Positions 22,507 through 33,900 of a stretch of 64,000 nt of DNA are shown here, one piece after another; position 1 is the first letter of the stretch, and every line of letters starts with the position of its first letter. A program made the translations under genes and the position numbers. The notes under the pieces were generated by a model. That model searched no databases. It was not told the origin of the DNA and saw only the letters and a program-made list of their open reading frames with translations. Source of the stretch: Diplonema japonicum (taxonomy: Eukaryota > Protista > Euglenozoa: Diplonemea); assembly GCA_964019335.1 (NCBI GenBank), contig OZ025685.1:124001-188000 (forward strand), in the 5' to 3' direction.

Positions 22507-23019
22507 CAACCTATGTGGGAGGAGGGGTTTTTTTTTTTTTTTTATTTCACTCTTCGTAATATGGGATAGCTATTTCGCCGTGGTATTTTTTAAGGGGAAG
22601 TAAAGCACTTATTCCCACTTTTAAGGGCTGGAATGGCCTCAGATGGCCAAAAATAGTCAAAATGCCCCCCTCCCCCTCCCACCCCAAAAAGATTTTTTAA
22701 GGGGTTGGGTACATGCGAGACCCATTTTTTTTCACTCTGAAAGCGCCATTATTTAGCTCCAAAATCTCATACTTTAACTAGTTAAATAAATAATGAGGCC
22801 CCTTAGTGGGTGAAGAGAGTGAAATAAAAAAAGGGGGGGGGACTTAAAAAAAAAACATTTACACACACATATTCCCCTCCACCAGTCCTTTTTTTTTCTT
22901 CCCCCCCCCCACGAATGCCAACTGAAAAAAAAAATCACAAAAAAGAGGAGGGTTAAACAAAGGGGCCTCGTGTCCCTTTTGTCCCCCCCACTCCACCCCA
23001 CCTTCAAAAGAAAAAAAAA

Positions 23020-24205
23020 ATGGAGTCCACTGAAGGCCGGTCTGCTGGGAAAGCAGTTACCGGTGGCAGACTTCGGATTGGGCAGATCTTGGGGGGTAAC
23101 GACAACGGGAAATCGTCGATACCGAGTAGGTTTGAAACAATCCTCTTCACGGGCGCGAGGGAGAGGAACGCCTTCGGGAGGCGGACGCACCGTTTTGACA
23201 CTGCAGAAGACGACCTTCCTGGCCCGGGGAGCTACGGGAAAAACAGAACGTTAGTGAAAACAACACCAAGCATGAGCAAGCGGGGAACAGGCGCGTTCGC
23301 ATCAGGGAGCAGAATAGCTGCGAACCAACCCAGAGCACTGTTTCTAACCCCGGGTCCCGGTAGTTACCCGGAACAGCCTCTCACGGCAGCTGAGAAACTC
23401 CCTTCCGCTGCCTTTGCCAAGCCAGTCCCTAGACGTGCCATCACCGCCATGACATCTGCATCCCAAATATACCCTGGACCTGGGGAGTACCAAATCGATA
23501 AAAAATCATCAGCACCAATGTTGCCATCTGCTATTTTCGATTCCCGTACAAAACGACACCCCGATCCAAGAGGGGACGGCCCCGGGCCTGGGGAGTATCT
23601 AACGATTGTCACCGAAGACAAGAAGGATGGGGTGTCATCAGCCGTCTTCAAATCGAGCATCAAACGGGAAAGCAAGATGAAGGACCCGTCGTTGGGTGAG
23701 CTTGCAAAGACGCTCCCGCAGCCGCCGCACGCAGGGCCACAAGGGTTCGTCGGGAAGGTTAGAGACGCAGTCCCATCGTCGCCATCGCCTGTAGCTAGCA
23801 TGCAACAAGCCCTACAAGACGCCCCGCAGAACGATATCTCTGACAAGGTAAACCTCGGGAGGTCAAAGGCACCTCCTTCTTCTATGTTTGCGACCACCCT
23901 CTTGGACCGATTCGGGAAGCCTGTTATCAGATACGTGCCAGAATCCGTCGAGCCTCCAGGCCCTGGGCAGTACCAGGTTGCCCCCCCTAACAGGCGACTT
24001 CTGATATCCTCTAGCTGGGCAATGAGCTCCACCTCTCGGTTCAATCCTCCTGTGAAGGACCCTTACAAACCTCCAGGTGTGTGGGCGAAAAAAAGAAGGG
24101 GGGACAAAAAAAATTTTTTTAATACTTATAGGCCCTGCATTCTACACCCCTGTGGATCGGCAGGTACGATCTTTTCATTTAAACAATAAAGGGAAATGGG
24201 TCTGA
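23020..24205 (+). CDS. STPG/SHIPPO (PG-rich repeat) flagellar protein; exons 23020-24076, 24132-24205
   Basis: Repeated PGPG[SEQ]Y; a phase-1 intron 24077-24131 restores PPGPAFY...SFHLNNKGKWV. Confidence 0.85.
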
Positions 24206-24472
24206 AACAAAAGAAAACAAAAAAAAAAAGAAGGGAGTTGTGGGAGCGAAAAGAAGAAGAAAAAAAAAAAGAGAAGAAAAAAAAGGGGGGGGAGGAATGA
24301 TGAATTTTGTTGATTAGCCCCCCTCCCCCCCCCCCCCCCCTCCCTTCTGCTCCCTTCCGATACCCTGTAGTTAGTCCTTCTCCATTGATATTCATGTTCT
24401 TCTTTTGGGAAGGGGACGAGAGAGGGGAAAAAAAAAAGAAAAAAAGAAAAAAAAAGCAGGACAAAAAAGAAA

Positions 24473-25807
24473 ATGCGTGAAAAAACACGAGAGCGACGAG
24501 AATGGAATCTCAAACTAAGGGATATTGCGGTAAGCACACTCTCGGCAGACGAACCCAGCTACAAGCGTACAACAAACAAGAAGCGCACAGGACCCATACA
24601 GCGGCAGGCCATAAAAACAATTTACGGAACGAAACCGACCTTCCCAGTACACCTGAGCCCGGTAAGTGGAAATGGCCAAAAACAAGTCTGGTCGGTCATA
24701 CCTCAAGGGGGCGAATGGGGGTCAATACCAATGTACCTTTCCAAGCAGCACCCTTTGCGGCGGCTAAGGAAACACTGGGACGAACACGCTGCTCGGAGTA
24801 AGGAGCGTGCCACGCATATGGGCTTCATGGCGCGCAACGTAACTCTTGAAATGGAGGTGGAAGAGAAACGCATTGCGCTCCAAGAGCAGATCGAAGCGTG
24901 GTACGCTGACGAACTCGATATGCTGCAAAAAAGACAGCACTCCACCAATTGCGCTTCTAAACCCGTAGTTAAGTTTAAACCCAGGCCCCCTCGTGTGGCG
25001 CGTGAACCACTTAAAAGTACTGTGTCAAAGAACACCTGCCAGCTCCTCAGGATCCCTTGCATACTGCGCCAGTCTGGAACTTGCGCTGCCTCGAATAGTG
25101 CAGTGCTTGCTATTCTGTGCGTATCGGTTCGCAACGAAAACCCCCCAGAATATATCCGCTACGCACAGCCCATACCGCCTTCGCTTAAGGCAGACACTTG
25201 CATAGCACGACGCTTTGTCAGTGAAGCTTTAGGCCGCGCTGTCTTTTGTGTCGATCACCGCAATAACAACAGCCTGTGGGACATGGTGGAAATGAGCGAA
25301 GAACACGGAGACGTTGGATATGAAGCGGACATCAGCACGTTGAACAAAACAACTAAAGAGAACGGAGATGAAGAGGAAGAAGAGGAAGGGGAAGAAGAGG
25401 AAGGGGAAGAAGAGGAAGAAGAAGAAGAAGAAGAGGAAGAGGAAGAGGGAGAAGCAGAATCAACATACTCGAGTATCGTGCCGAGCGACAGACTGGAAGG
25501 TGTGCTCTCCTCGATATCAGGGGAGTTCCCTGCGTTCCCCCAAACGGAAACCATTGGTAAGCCGACCGTGATCATTGATACGAAGCACATCCTGAACGAT
25601 GATGGTGAAATGGTGGAGGAGGTCGTGGTCCGCGAGCAGTACCCTTTGAGCGCGCTGCCCCTGGTGAAGGTATCGGAAAACAGTTCGCAGTGTCTGGGTG
25701 ACACCAGTGAGGAACTCGCCACCAGCTTGGGGACAATGCAGGTGGAAAGGTCCATCCTCAGCATGTCATCATCGCTCGATAGTGAGCCGAATGTGTGTGG
25801 TACATGA
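24473..25807 (+). CDS. Hypothetical protein with poly-Glu tract
   Basis: 444-aa ORF co-oriented with neighbours; no recognised family. Confidence 0.6.
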   Translation: MREKTRERREWNLKLRDIAVSTLSADEPSYKRTTNKKRTGPIQRQAIKTIYGTKPTFPVHLSPVSGNGQKQVWSVIPQGGEWGSIPMYLSKQHPLRRLRKHWDEHAARSKERATHMGFMARNVTLEMEVEEKRIALQEQIEAWYADELDMLQKRQHSTNCASKPVVKFKPRPPRVAREPLKSTVSKNTCQLLRIPCILRQSGTCAASNSAVLAILCVSVRNENPPEYIRYAQPIPPSLKADTCIARRFVSEALGRAVFCVDHRNNNSLWDMVEMSEEHGDVGYEADISTLNKTTKENGDEEEEEEGEEEEGEEEEEEEEEEEEEEGEAESTYSSIVPSDRLEGVLSSISGEFPAFPQTETIGKPTVIIDTKHILNDDGEMVEEVVVREQYPLSALPLVKVSENSSQCLGDTSEELATSLGTMQVERSILSMSSSLDSEPNVCGT

Positions 25808-25912
25808 GGCTGTCGAACAGAGAAAGAACTACTCAGAGACACTTCTGTTGATCACACTGTTTCCACAGCTGTGAGCCAGTTGGCAGTGCAATGAGTTTTT
25901 TTTTTTTTTTTT

Positions 25913-26449
25913 GGCCGAATTACGTGGGCTGGGAGCATCGGGGAAGGTGATGGACAGGCTGCTGGGGCCGGTGCTGAGGTGGCTGAGTGGCTTGCTGTGG
26001 GGTGACGCCCCTGGACGGCACACGACGGTAACGACGCTGGAGCTTGCCCTCGACTTCGAGCGGGAGATGGAGCTGCCGCTAGACGACGGCGGGGAAGTGG
26101 GCAAGGTGGAGGACCTGGGCGTCAAGGCAAGGAGGCTGAGGTATGTGCTGAGACGTGTCCAGGACCTGTACCACGCTGATGGCGCGTTCCCAGCAGCGCG
26201 AGTGGATCGCGTCAACTCCCTGCGCTGTATAGGAGGACCGACCACACACGGGTATGACAGGAGGCCAGTACTCCCGGAGCGAACCATGAGCAGCATCGAA
26301 GGCTTGCGTGACACGTACCTGTCGCAGACCCCGCTGCCCCGCAGTTTTACCACCGCAGTAGGAACCCGCCAGAGCCCCCAGAACGGGGACAACGGAGACT
26401 AAGGACAGCGCTGCCGGTGAGCGCAAAAACGCATACCTTAAAAGAATAG
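25913..26449 (+). mobile_element. 5'-truncated non-LTR retrotransposon fragment
   Basis: VLRWLSGLLW...TLELALDFE motif shared with the 42321 and 57114 fragments; AG-poly(T) on both sides. Confidence 0.7.
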
Positions 26450-26542
26450 TTTTTTTTTTTTAATGCTCCAGAAGGGGAGTATTAACAGATAGACCCCCCC
26501 CTCCCATAGGGCGGCCCTCTAGCGGGGCTTGTCCTGTACTTT

Positions 26543-26592
<50 letters not shown>

Positions 26593-27514
26593 ATATAACT
26601 CGAGCCGGGTTTTCAAGGGTGGGAGTGAAAATAATATTTTACATTATGTCACTCCCAGCTTTATTTTCACTCCCGGTTTACCTTGAAATTAGGCCCAGGA
26701 GTGAAATAATGTTCGAGCGTGAAATAATGTAACATTATTCCACTCCTGGGCCTAATTTCACCTATTTCACCTATTTTTACAATGGGAAGGAAGCCGAAGG
26801 CAATGGGCAAAAAGGCGAAGGGTACAAAGGCGTCGAAGATCATGAACGCCAGCTTGCCAGCACTTACGAAGCAGAGTGGCACCGCTTTTGCTCTTTTCAC
26901 AACTTCAGAACAACAAGATCGAAAAGCCCGACGGAAGACGAGTTGGTATTGTATTTCCAAGATATGAAGGACAATTTGGGCAAGTTACAGCAAGATCAAC
27001 GCCATCATCCAACGAAACTTCGGTAAAAAAAATGCAGAGCTTTCCCAGGGTTGCACTTCTTTTGAAGCGCTTTGAAGAAGGCCATGAGGTGAAAAAAGCT
27101 TCGGTGTTTAGTCAGGAACAAATGAAAGAGTATCTGGCAATGAAATTCAGCGATTCCTACAACATAGTGTGTCAGGCATATGCAGCTTGCATGTTTGCAG
27201 GACAAAAGAGTCGCACAAACTGAAATTTAGCGACGACACCTTGTAACCCAAAAAAATCCCACTTTTCACCTGTTGTAACCCTGTAACCTCCCACCCTTTC
27301 AAACCCGGCTCTTGTTAAATAAAACAACGTATTAGTGAAAATAAGAGCATTATTCCACTTGTGGTGGCAGGTTTAACTCGTAGCTTTTTACTTCACTCGC
27401 TGCGCTCGTGAAGTAAACGGAATATAAGTTCACGAGCGAAGCGAGCTACTCGTTAAACCCCCTGCCACCACGCGTGAAATAATGCTATCTTATTTTCACT
27501 TAATAAATAGCTAT
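26593..27514 (+). mobile_element. Crypton-like tyrosine-recombinase element, copy A (frameshifted YR remnant)
   Basis: Across frames: PTEDELVLYF / TIWASYSKIN / SFPRVALLLKRFEEGHEVKKASVFSQEQM / ESHKLKFSD. Inverted-repeat sites 26602-26625 and 27288-27311, hairpin 27334-27500, end TAATAAATAGCTAT. Confidence 0.8.
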
Positions 27515-27602
27515 AAAATACGTTAACCATTAAAGGACACGATGCGCTTGATTTCCGGTGATCGAAAAAAAGATTTTTGTATACATTTTTTTATGCAAGT
27601 GG

Positions 27603-27642
<40 letters not shown>

Positions 27643-28165
27643 TACCACGCTACCCGTGCCCTTGCACAGAATTAACCAGGTTCTGCGATTTATTTTTCCA
27701 TCGCAATAATGAACTTCCAAAAAAAAACCCCCCCCTCAAAATCAGTCGAAACGTATCTAGCCCCAGTGGGTCTCTCTTCTTGCCAGCCTGGAAACAACCG
27801 TCAGGCAAGCACCCGTTTTGCAATGGAGACCCACTGTCCCAAAAAACGGATGCAACGAGACAATGCAACCCACAAAATGCGTGTTCTGGTTGTTAGCCAC
27901 TTCGTTTCCTATCATAGTGAATTTTTTTTTCCCAAAAAAAAACCCCCCCCCGTCCGCTTAATGGTTTTAAAAAAAGGAAATATACAAATATCCGCATGGT
28001 GCGCAGAAAACAAAAATAAGAGCACCGAAGCTAGTTTTTATTATCACCCCCCCTTTTTTTTGTGGACTAACCATTGCATTTTTTTTTTCCCCCCGATGGT
28101 TCTAGTAATAGAAGATTGCCCTTCCCGATGTTTAGCATAGCTGTGTCAGCAAAAGGAATCTTTAA

Positions 28166-29960
28166 CCATCTACCAACGAGCGTCTTTATAGAGACGATTT
28201 GAAAAAAAATCTTTTGCGCAAAGGGCTTTCAATGCAATACAGCCCGGACACTTCTCGCATCTGGGGTCCTGCGCGGAAAATATGAAAAATATAAACTAAA
28301 TGCTGCCCTAACTTTGCAAGAAAATGAAAAAATAAAAAAAAACGCCAGCCCAAATTTACCCTTAAAAATCACTTCAAAAAAGGGCACCCAGAGGCCGGAA
28401 GAGGACATTATGAGTGATGGTAGCACTGATGGCTCATCCCTATTATGCAATTTTGATACGAACAGTGATTCTGATTCGAATTCGACCGATTCCGAGTCAC
28501 AGCAGGGTGATTGGACGGCAAAGCCGGAGCAGTTGGAAGGCATCCGGTTTCGTGAAGATCGGAATCCTTGTGGACCCTGTTTTGACATCAGAGGCTCAAC
28601 GCCATTCCATATATTCTCCCAAATGCTCGTCCCAAACGTTATTCGGGTCATAACTTCGAACAATGTGGCAAATGCGGCTAAAAAAGGTGTTTCCCTGGAT
28701 CTCGATGCTGCTTCTCTGCATACCTTCCTAGGTGCCCTTTTGTCGATGGACTTGGATATCAAGCCAGATTATTCTGACTACTGGCGCACTGGCTCCACGC
28801 CTCTCAACCACACCCTGGGTCGCCACCGTCATGTCAAGAGACCGCTTTTTGACTATTCTGGGAAATCTGTGTTTCCACAGCGAAACAAACAAGCGTGCTG
28901 ACTTCTACCTATCGCGAAGGCTCCCGGAGATCACGGATGCCCCAAAGAAGCGAGGCCGCAAGCCCAAGGACGCGCACCCTGTGGGGACACCCAGTTCCAC
29001 CAGCACGTGAGCATCCTTTGCACCACAACGTGGCATGACATCAAGCCTGTGCGCTTTCTGTCGACGTTGGATGTTCTGGTGAAGTCAAATTTGGCGTGTC
29101 GGCCAAAAGAGAATGAAAGCCGGAGGCCCCCAGAAAGGACATCTCTCAAGTGCATATTTACAACACCGCAATGGGCGGAACCGACGCTGGGTGACGCTGT
29201 GACAAAACGCCATAAACGCACCCTTATGACTTCGAAGTGGCCCCTGAAAGTATTTTCGTACTTGTTAGATAAATCTCTGGCAAATGCCCGGCTTGTTTGG
29301 AAAGAAGCGTTGCCCCCCAACACCCTGAGTATGAACGACAGTGGATTCACGCCTTTCAAAGAGGCAGTCATCGAAGGGCTACTAGGGAGGCTGCCCAAAC
29401 AACAGCTAAAGTCAACTACAGAGCAGGCTGCCCCAATACCATGCCCCGAAACACAGAACGAGTGCCCTGAGGCCCCAATGCGACGCGACAGTACCTTCTG
29501 GGACCATTTCCCCGCAACGTGCGGTGCAAGCATTGCAAGTCGAAAAGACCCCTATTTCAGTGTTCAGCCTGCTTGGTACAACTTTGCGTGACTCCGGGCT
29601 TCAAAGACTACCACCTTGCCGGGGATACCCCCCAGAAACCCCTCTCGGGGTCAAAAAAGAAGTCCCCCAGCCCTGGGGCACATACGAACCGCGTCAAGAA
29701 GGCCTTAAATAGCTTTTTATAGAATTTTACAGTCGATTTTTTTTGACTTGTTTTTTGTACCCCCTCTCGAGCACTTCGGGAACGATATTTTTGACAATGT
29801 TGTGGGGGTGGGCCCTGCTGTGGGCACCCTCTCTCTAGAATTAGGACATCTGGAGGCATTTCCGGGGGCATATAGCCCCAGCGTTGCGCTAGAATAGTTT
29901 TTTTTGAAGTTTTGAAAATTTACCCCCCCTGGTGGGCAAAAATGGTCCGTTGGTAGATGG
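28166..29960 (+). mobile_element. Degenerate piggyBac transposon
   Basis: TTAA on both sides (28162-28165, 29961-29964), 13-bp TIR CCATCTACCAACG; split transposase (MSRDRF, WHDIKPVRFLST, YNTAMGGTD, KWPLKVFSYLLD, Cys-rich C-terminus). Confidence 0.92.
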
Positions 29961-29996
29961 TTAAGTTAAAAAAAAAAAAAAATACTAATGGTTCCG

Positions 29997-30070
<74 letters not shown>

Positions 30071-30904
30071 TTGTTTCCCGTCACTCATGTTCTTTTTTTT
30101 GTTTAACCCCGCACGTTTTTGGGCACTTACGAGCAATTATTTTTGCGTTTTTAAAAAGCCCCCCCCCCACGATTTTATTTTTTAATGTCATATATGACAT
30201 ATGTGGGCTTAATGGTTTTTTTAAAAAAACTTGTGCCGAACAAAGACTTTAGTAATTTTTTTCCCTTCCTCTATGCCCCCCCCCCTTTTTTTCTGAATCG
30301 CCCCCTTTTTTTGTTACACAATTATTTATCTCTCAAGGTTTACTTAATGCAAAGTTGTGCAGAGTAAAAAGCTTTGTTTCTCGTGCTGACAACAAAAGGC
30401 ATTTAGTCATTTAAAAAAAAAACTACCCCTTCCCCCCCCCCCCCCCCCCGTTTCCGTTTCCTTATTTTTCTGATACACAAGGATACTTAACTAAAAGAAA
30501 ATAACTTGCCTACCATACCTGCACCTATTAAGGACCTCGGAAAGACATAAAAACTATTTTGCCCATCATGATCTTCAAACATCACCATTCTGTTAGCATA
30601 CGTTGGGTGACACAAAACACAACTTCGGCAGGGGGGGAGATGGGGGGGGATTCTCATTGTATCTGTTCCATACGGTTTTTTTCTTGTTATTCTTTTTTAT
30701 TATTATTCGCATAAGGGCCTCACAAGTCCCCCCCTCCCCCTTTTTTTTTTCCAGCCTTCTTCTCCTCTCCTCTTTTCTCTTTCTCCCTGTTTCAAAAAAA
30801 AAAAATCATTTTGTAGTAGCTGGGCTTAACAAAACAAGAATAACACACAAAACAAAGAATAAAGGATATAAAAAAAATAAAAAAAAAACGGGGGGGAGGA
30901 GAAG

Positions 30905-33900
30905 ATGGCAGATGGGTCCACCCCTCCCCCGCCGCCGGATCTGCCTGATACAGTTCCAACATTTGCGGCAGATGCAGCAGACGGGAGCAGCAACAAGGGG
31001 GAGGCAGCGGGGGATGAAGGGCAGCAAAAGAAGAAAAGCAAGGATATCCAACAAGTCGGGCTGTCGGTCTACATACGAAAAAAAATAAAACAAGAGGACA
31101 AGGAAGGCAAGGCAAAAACAAAAACCTTTTGGATCCTAGAGGGGAAGGCCTACGACGACAAGGAGTTCGTGTGGGAAGAACGCAGAGCAAAGGAAGGACA
31201 CATACAGTACCGCAGCGCAGCGACTGGAAAGTCGACAAGAACCCTTCCCGACGTAGGACCCACCAAGAGCGCATTAGGCGGCGACGGCTCTGCATCGCTA
31301 AGCCCTAAGAGGCTTAAACGCGATCCAACCGATGGCTGGGATGCTGACAAAAAGGCAGCCATCCAAAGCTACATCAAAAAAAAACTGTCAAAACCCACCA
31401 AAGAAGACCTCATCACACCTGAAGTTCAGAAGATTCTCGTGAAGAACGTGGCCGACAAACACATGGCGGAAAACCCACCCTTCACAGGCGACAGTCTCCC
31501 TGCTGACATCGAAAAGACCCTCTCGGAGGAAGCCAAGACTGCCCTCAACACATGGCTCAGCGAGAAGAACGAGGCCACTGAGAAACTCCGCGCGGCAGTC
31601 GACTACACCGATTTAAATTTCATCGACCAGACCCCTCTCGACGACGAGGCAGTGCTCCCGGACAAACCCAACAGGGAGCCCCCCGCCCCTCTCTCTCCCT
31701 TCGTCCCGAGGGCCAACTACCTCCGCGACCCCTACTACTACATGCGCCTTGATTTCCCCAACCCAAGACGGGGCAAGCTAGAGGAAGACCTCGAAGCAAG
31801 GCTCTTCTTCAACCCAAGCCTCGGTGAAGTAAAGGTGATGGGCGCGATAAACGGATGGCTTTGCCACCCTTCAGACCCGAAGCAAAATCAGCAAACCATC
31901 ATCGCTGTGATACGAGACTGGGTCGGGGCATGCTGCCTTGCTTATATCCAACCCCCTGGACCCGTGTCTGCTGACTACTCGATCACCGCCATCCACCCTC
32001 TATGCGAGCACCTCGACATGGGGAAGCTGTTAGGGAAGCAAGCTGGGTCGGACAGCCTGCGGGGGATCACCGTCGTGGACGATCAACGGCATGTGCTTGG
32101 CTTCAAGAACCAGGACGACCATAAATACCTCGATCTGCTGCTGAAGCTGGCGATGTGTTCAATGTACGCGCAAGGGTCTGATGATGGGAGAGTGGTGGCT
32201 ATGAGGGCAAGGAGTGTGGAGTTTGCCTGGAACCACACACAACCAATAGCAGAGGAAACTGCTATTGGGAAGCTAAACATGCTGATGACTGCCACTGAAG
32301 AGGAGCTCTCCACTGGAGGTGACTCAACCAGGCAAGTCGACACCCTTGTCCATGACATCAGGATGTACATGCTTGGAGCAGAGAACAGGGACGAAGTGCT
32401 CAGGAAGTGGGTTGCGAGCGTGCAGCGTAACCGCGACCCCAGCACGAGTCTCATCCTGCGCCAGTTGAGGATCGTTGAGGAAGCGATCCGCTATCCTTCT
32501 CCCACAAACGACCCGTTTCTTCATGAAGGAGTGCTCCAAAGGTTGTCACAGTTACAGTTGCAGCTCTCTCGTGCTGACACCCAAGAGAGCATTCCATGGA
32601 ACCTCCACCCAGCAAGGCTCACCTCTCTTTGGAAGACAATGGTGCCGCACGTGCAGGAATTCAAGTCGCGAGAAGCCGTTCCAGACGTACCTTTCGAAAC
32701 GTGTTTCGAGCCTGCACCCAGCAGCGAAGCAGCCTTTATTCAAAAGGCCAACATCGAGCAGCGAAGGTTCAACTACTCCCAGGACCAACTCCCCCCAGGG
32801 GTGTACCTGTCGGCGTTGGTGTACTGCGGCGACGAGATTCTCAGCGACGCGCACCACAACCTACCTTGCGAGCTGGTCAAAGAGCAGTACAGCAGCATGG
32901 TGGCAAAGGAGCTTCACAGGGACTCTGATGATTTCAAATGGATCCTACAACACGGCAGCGATCCCGAGTGGGCGGATGACATACAAACATACTCTCAGGT
33001 GTACGATAACAGCGGAACAATGCGGTTCAGGGCACTATTTGTGGAGGCGGCGAAGAGGTTGCAGGCGCAGCTGGGCAGGCAGGACCTGGGGTTCATCTTC
33101 GACAACGTCATCCTGCAGAAGGAGGTACAGTGCATACAAATAGTTACCGTGCTGCGGCTTACGGAAAAGAATGATGTTCCGATCCACAGCCCCACGCACG
33201 TAGGGTGGGGGTGGAGACCTGCTGCTGACGTGGAGTACACGACCTACCTCAAGAGCTTCAAGATTCGCGCCTCGACAAGAGTCGCGTTTATGCATGACGG
33301 CTACAACAACTGCCAGCGGTGGATACACGCTGCCATCAAGTACCGCGAGGCCATGGACAACGCGCTGCAGCCCGGGCTTTATTTAGCATACTTCGGAGTC
33401 TGTCCGTCGTCGTCAGGCTTCCGCATGATGGTGTCGGAGACGCATCGCTTCCTGCTGCCGTTGGCCAAAGTCCAAACCGAGTTCCCCACCCTCGAGGAAT
33501 GGCGGTGGGTTCAGTGCGTCAATGAGAAAAAACGCCGTGTCGGGTCTTTCGAGTGGCACACTGTCTCAACCACGATAAAGGCTACCTCAGAAGGACCGGA
33601 GCTGCCTACCTTCCGGCACCGATTCCTTCGCGCGGTGTTCGAGATGCAGGAAACAGTAGGCAAGGACGTCCAACACATATTCGACATGGAAGTCATCAGC
33701 TTTGACGAAATGGGAAAGATCAAAGTGATCGCAGTCGGCGAGAGGTTCTTGGACGAGCCCCCTAAGCACACACCTCCTCTGGGGACAACTGCTTGTTGTT
33801 TCAAGAATTTCGAGATGGTCGAGGCAACGTACTTCGAGCAGTACTGGCAGCGGGCGTGGAAGCTGTTTTCAAACGCGAGAAGCTCCGCCGATGCCATGCA

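Noticed and set aside
22566-22790. Possible sixth Crypton-like copy (ATAGCTATTT at 22566)
   Set aside because: Only a weak hairpin follows; no paired IR or coding stub found.
24077-24131. Claim that all introns are phase 0
   Set aside because: This intron must be phase 1 to restore the conserved PGPAFY C-terminus.
27523-27970. Possible piggyBac-type MITE (TTAA-CCATTAAAGGAC ... GTCCGCTTAATGG)
   Set aside because: Right end imperfect and no clean TTAA duplication.
28314-29722. Programmed frameshifting in the piggyBac ORFs
   Set aside because: Multiple breaks and missing catalytic-core segments indicate decay.
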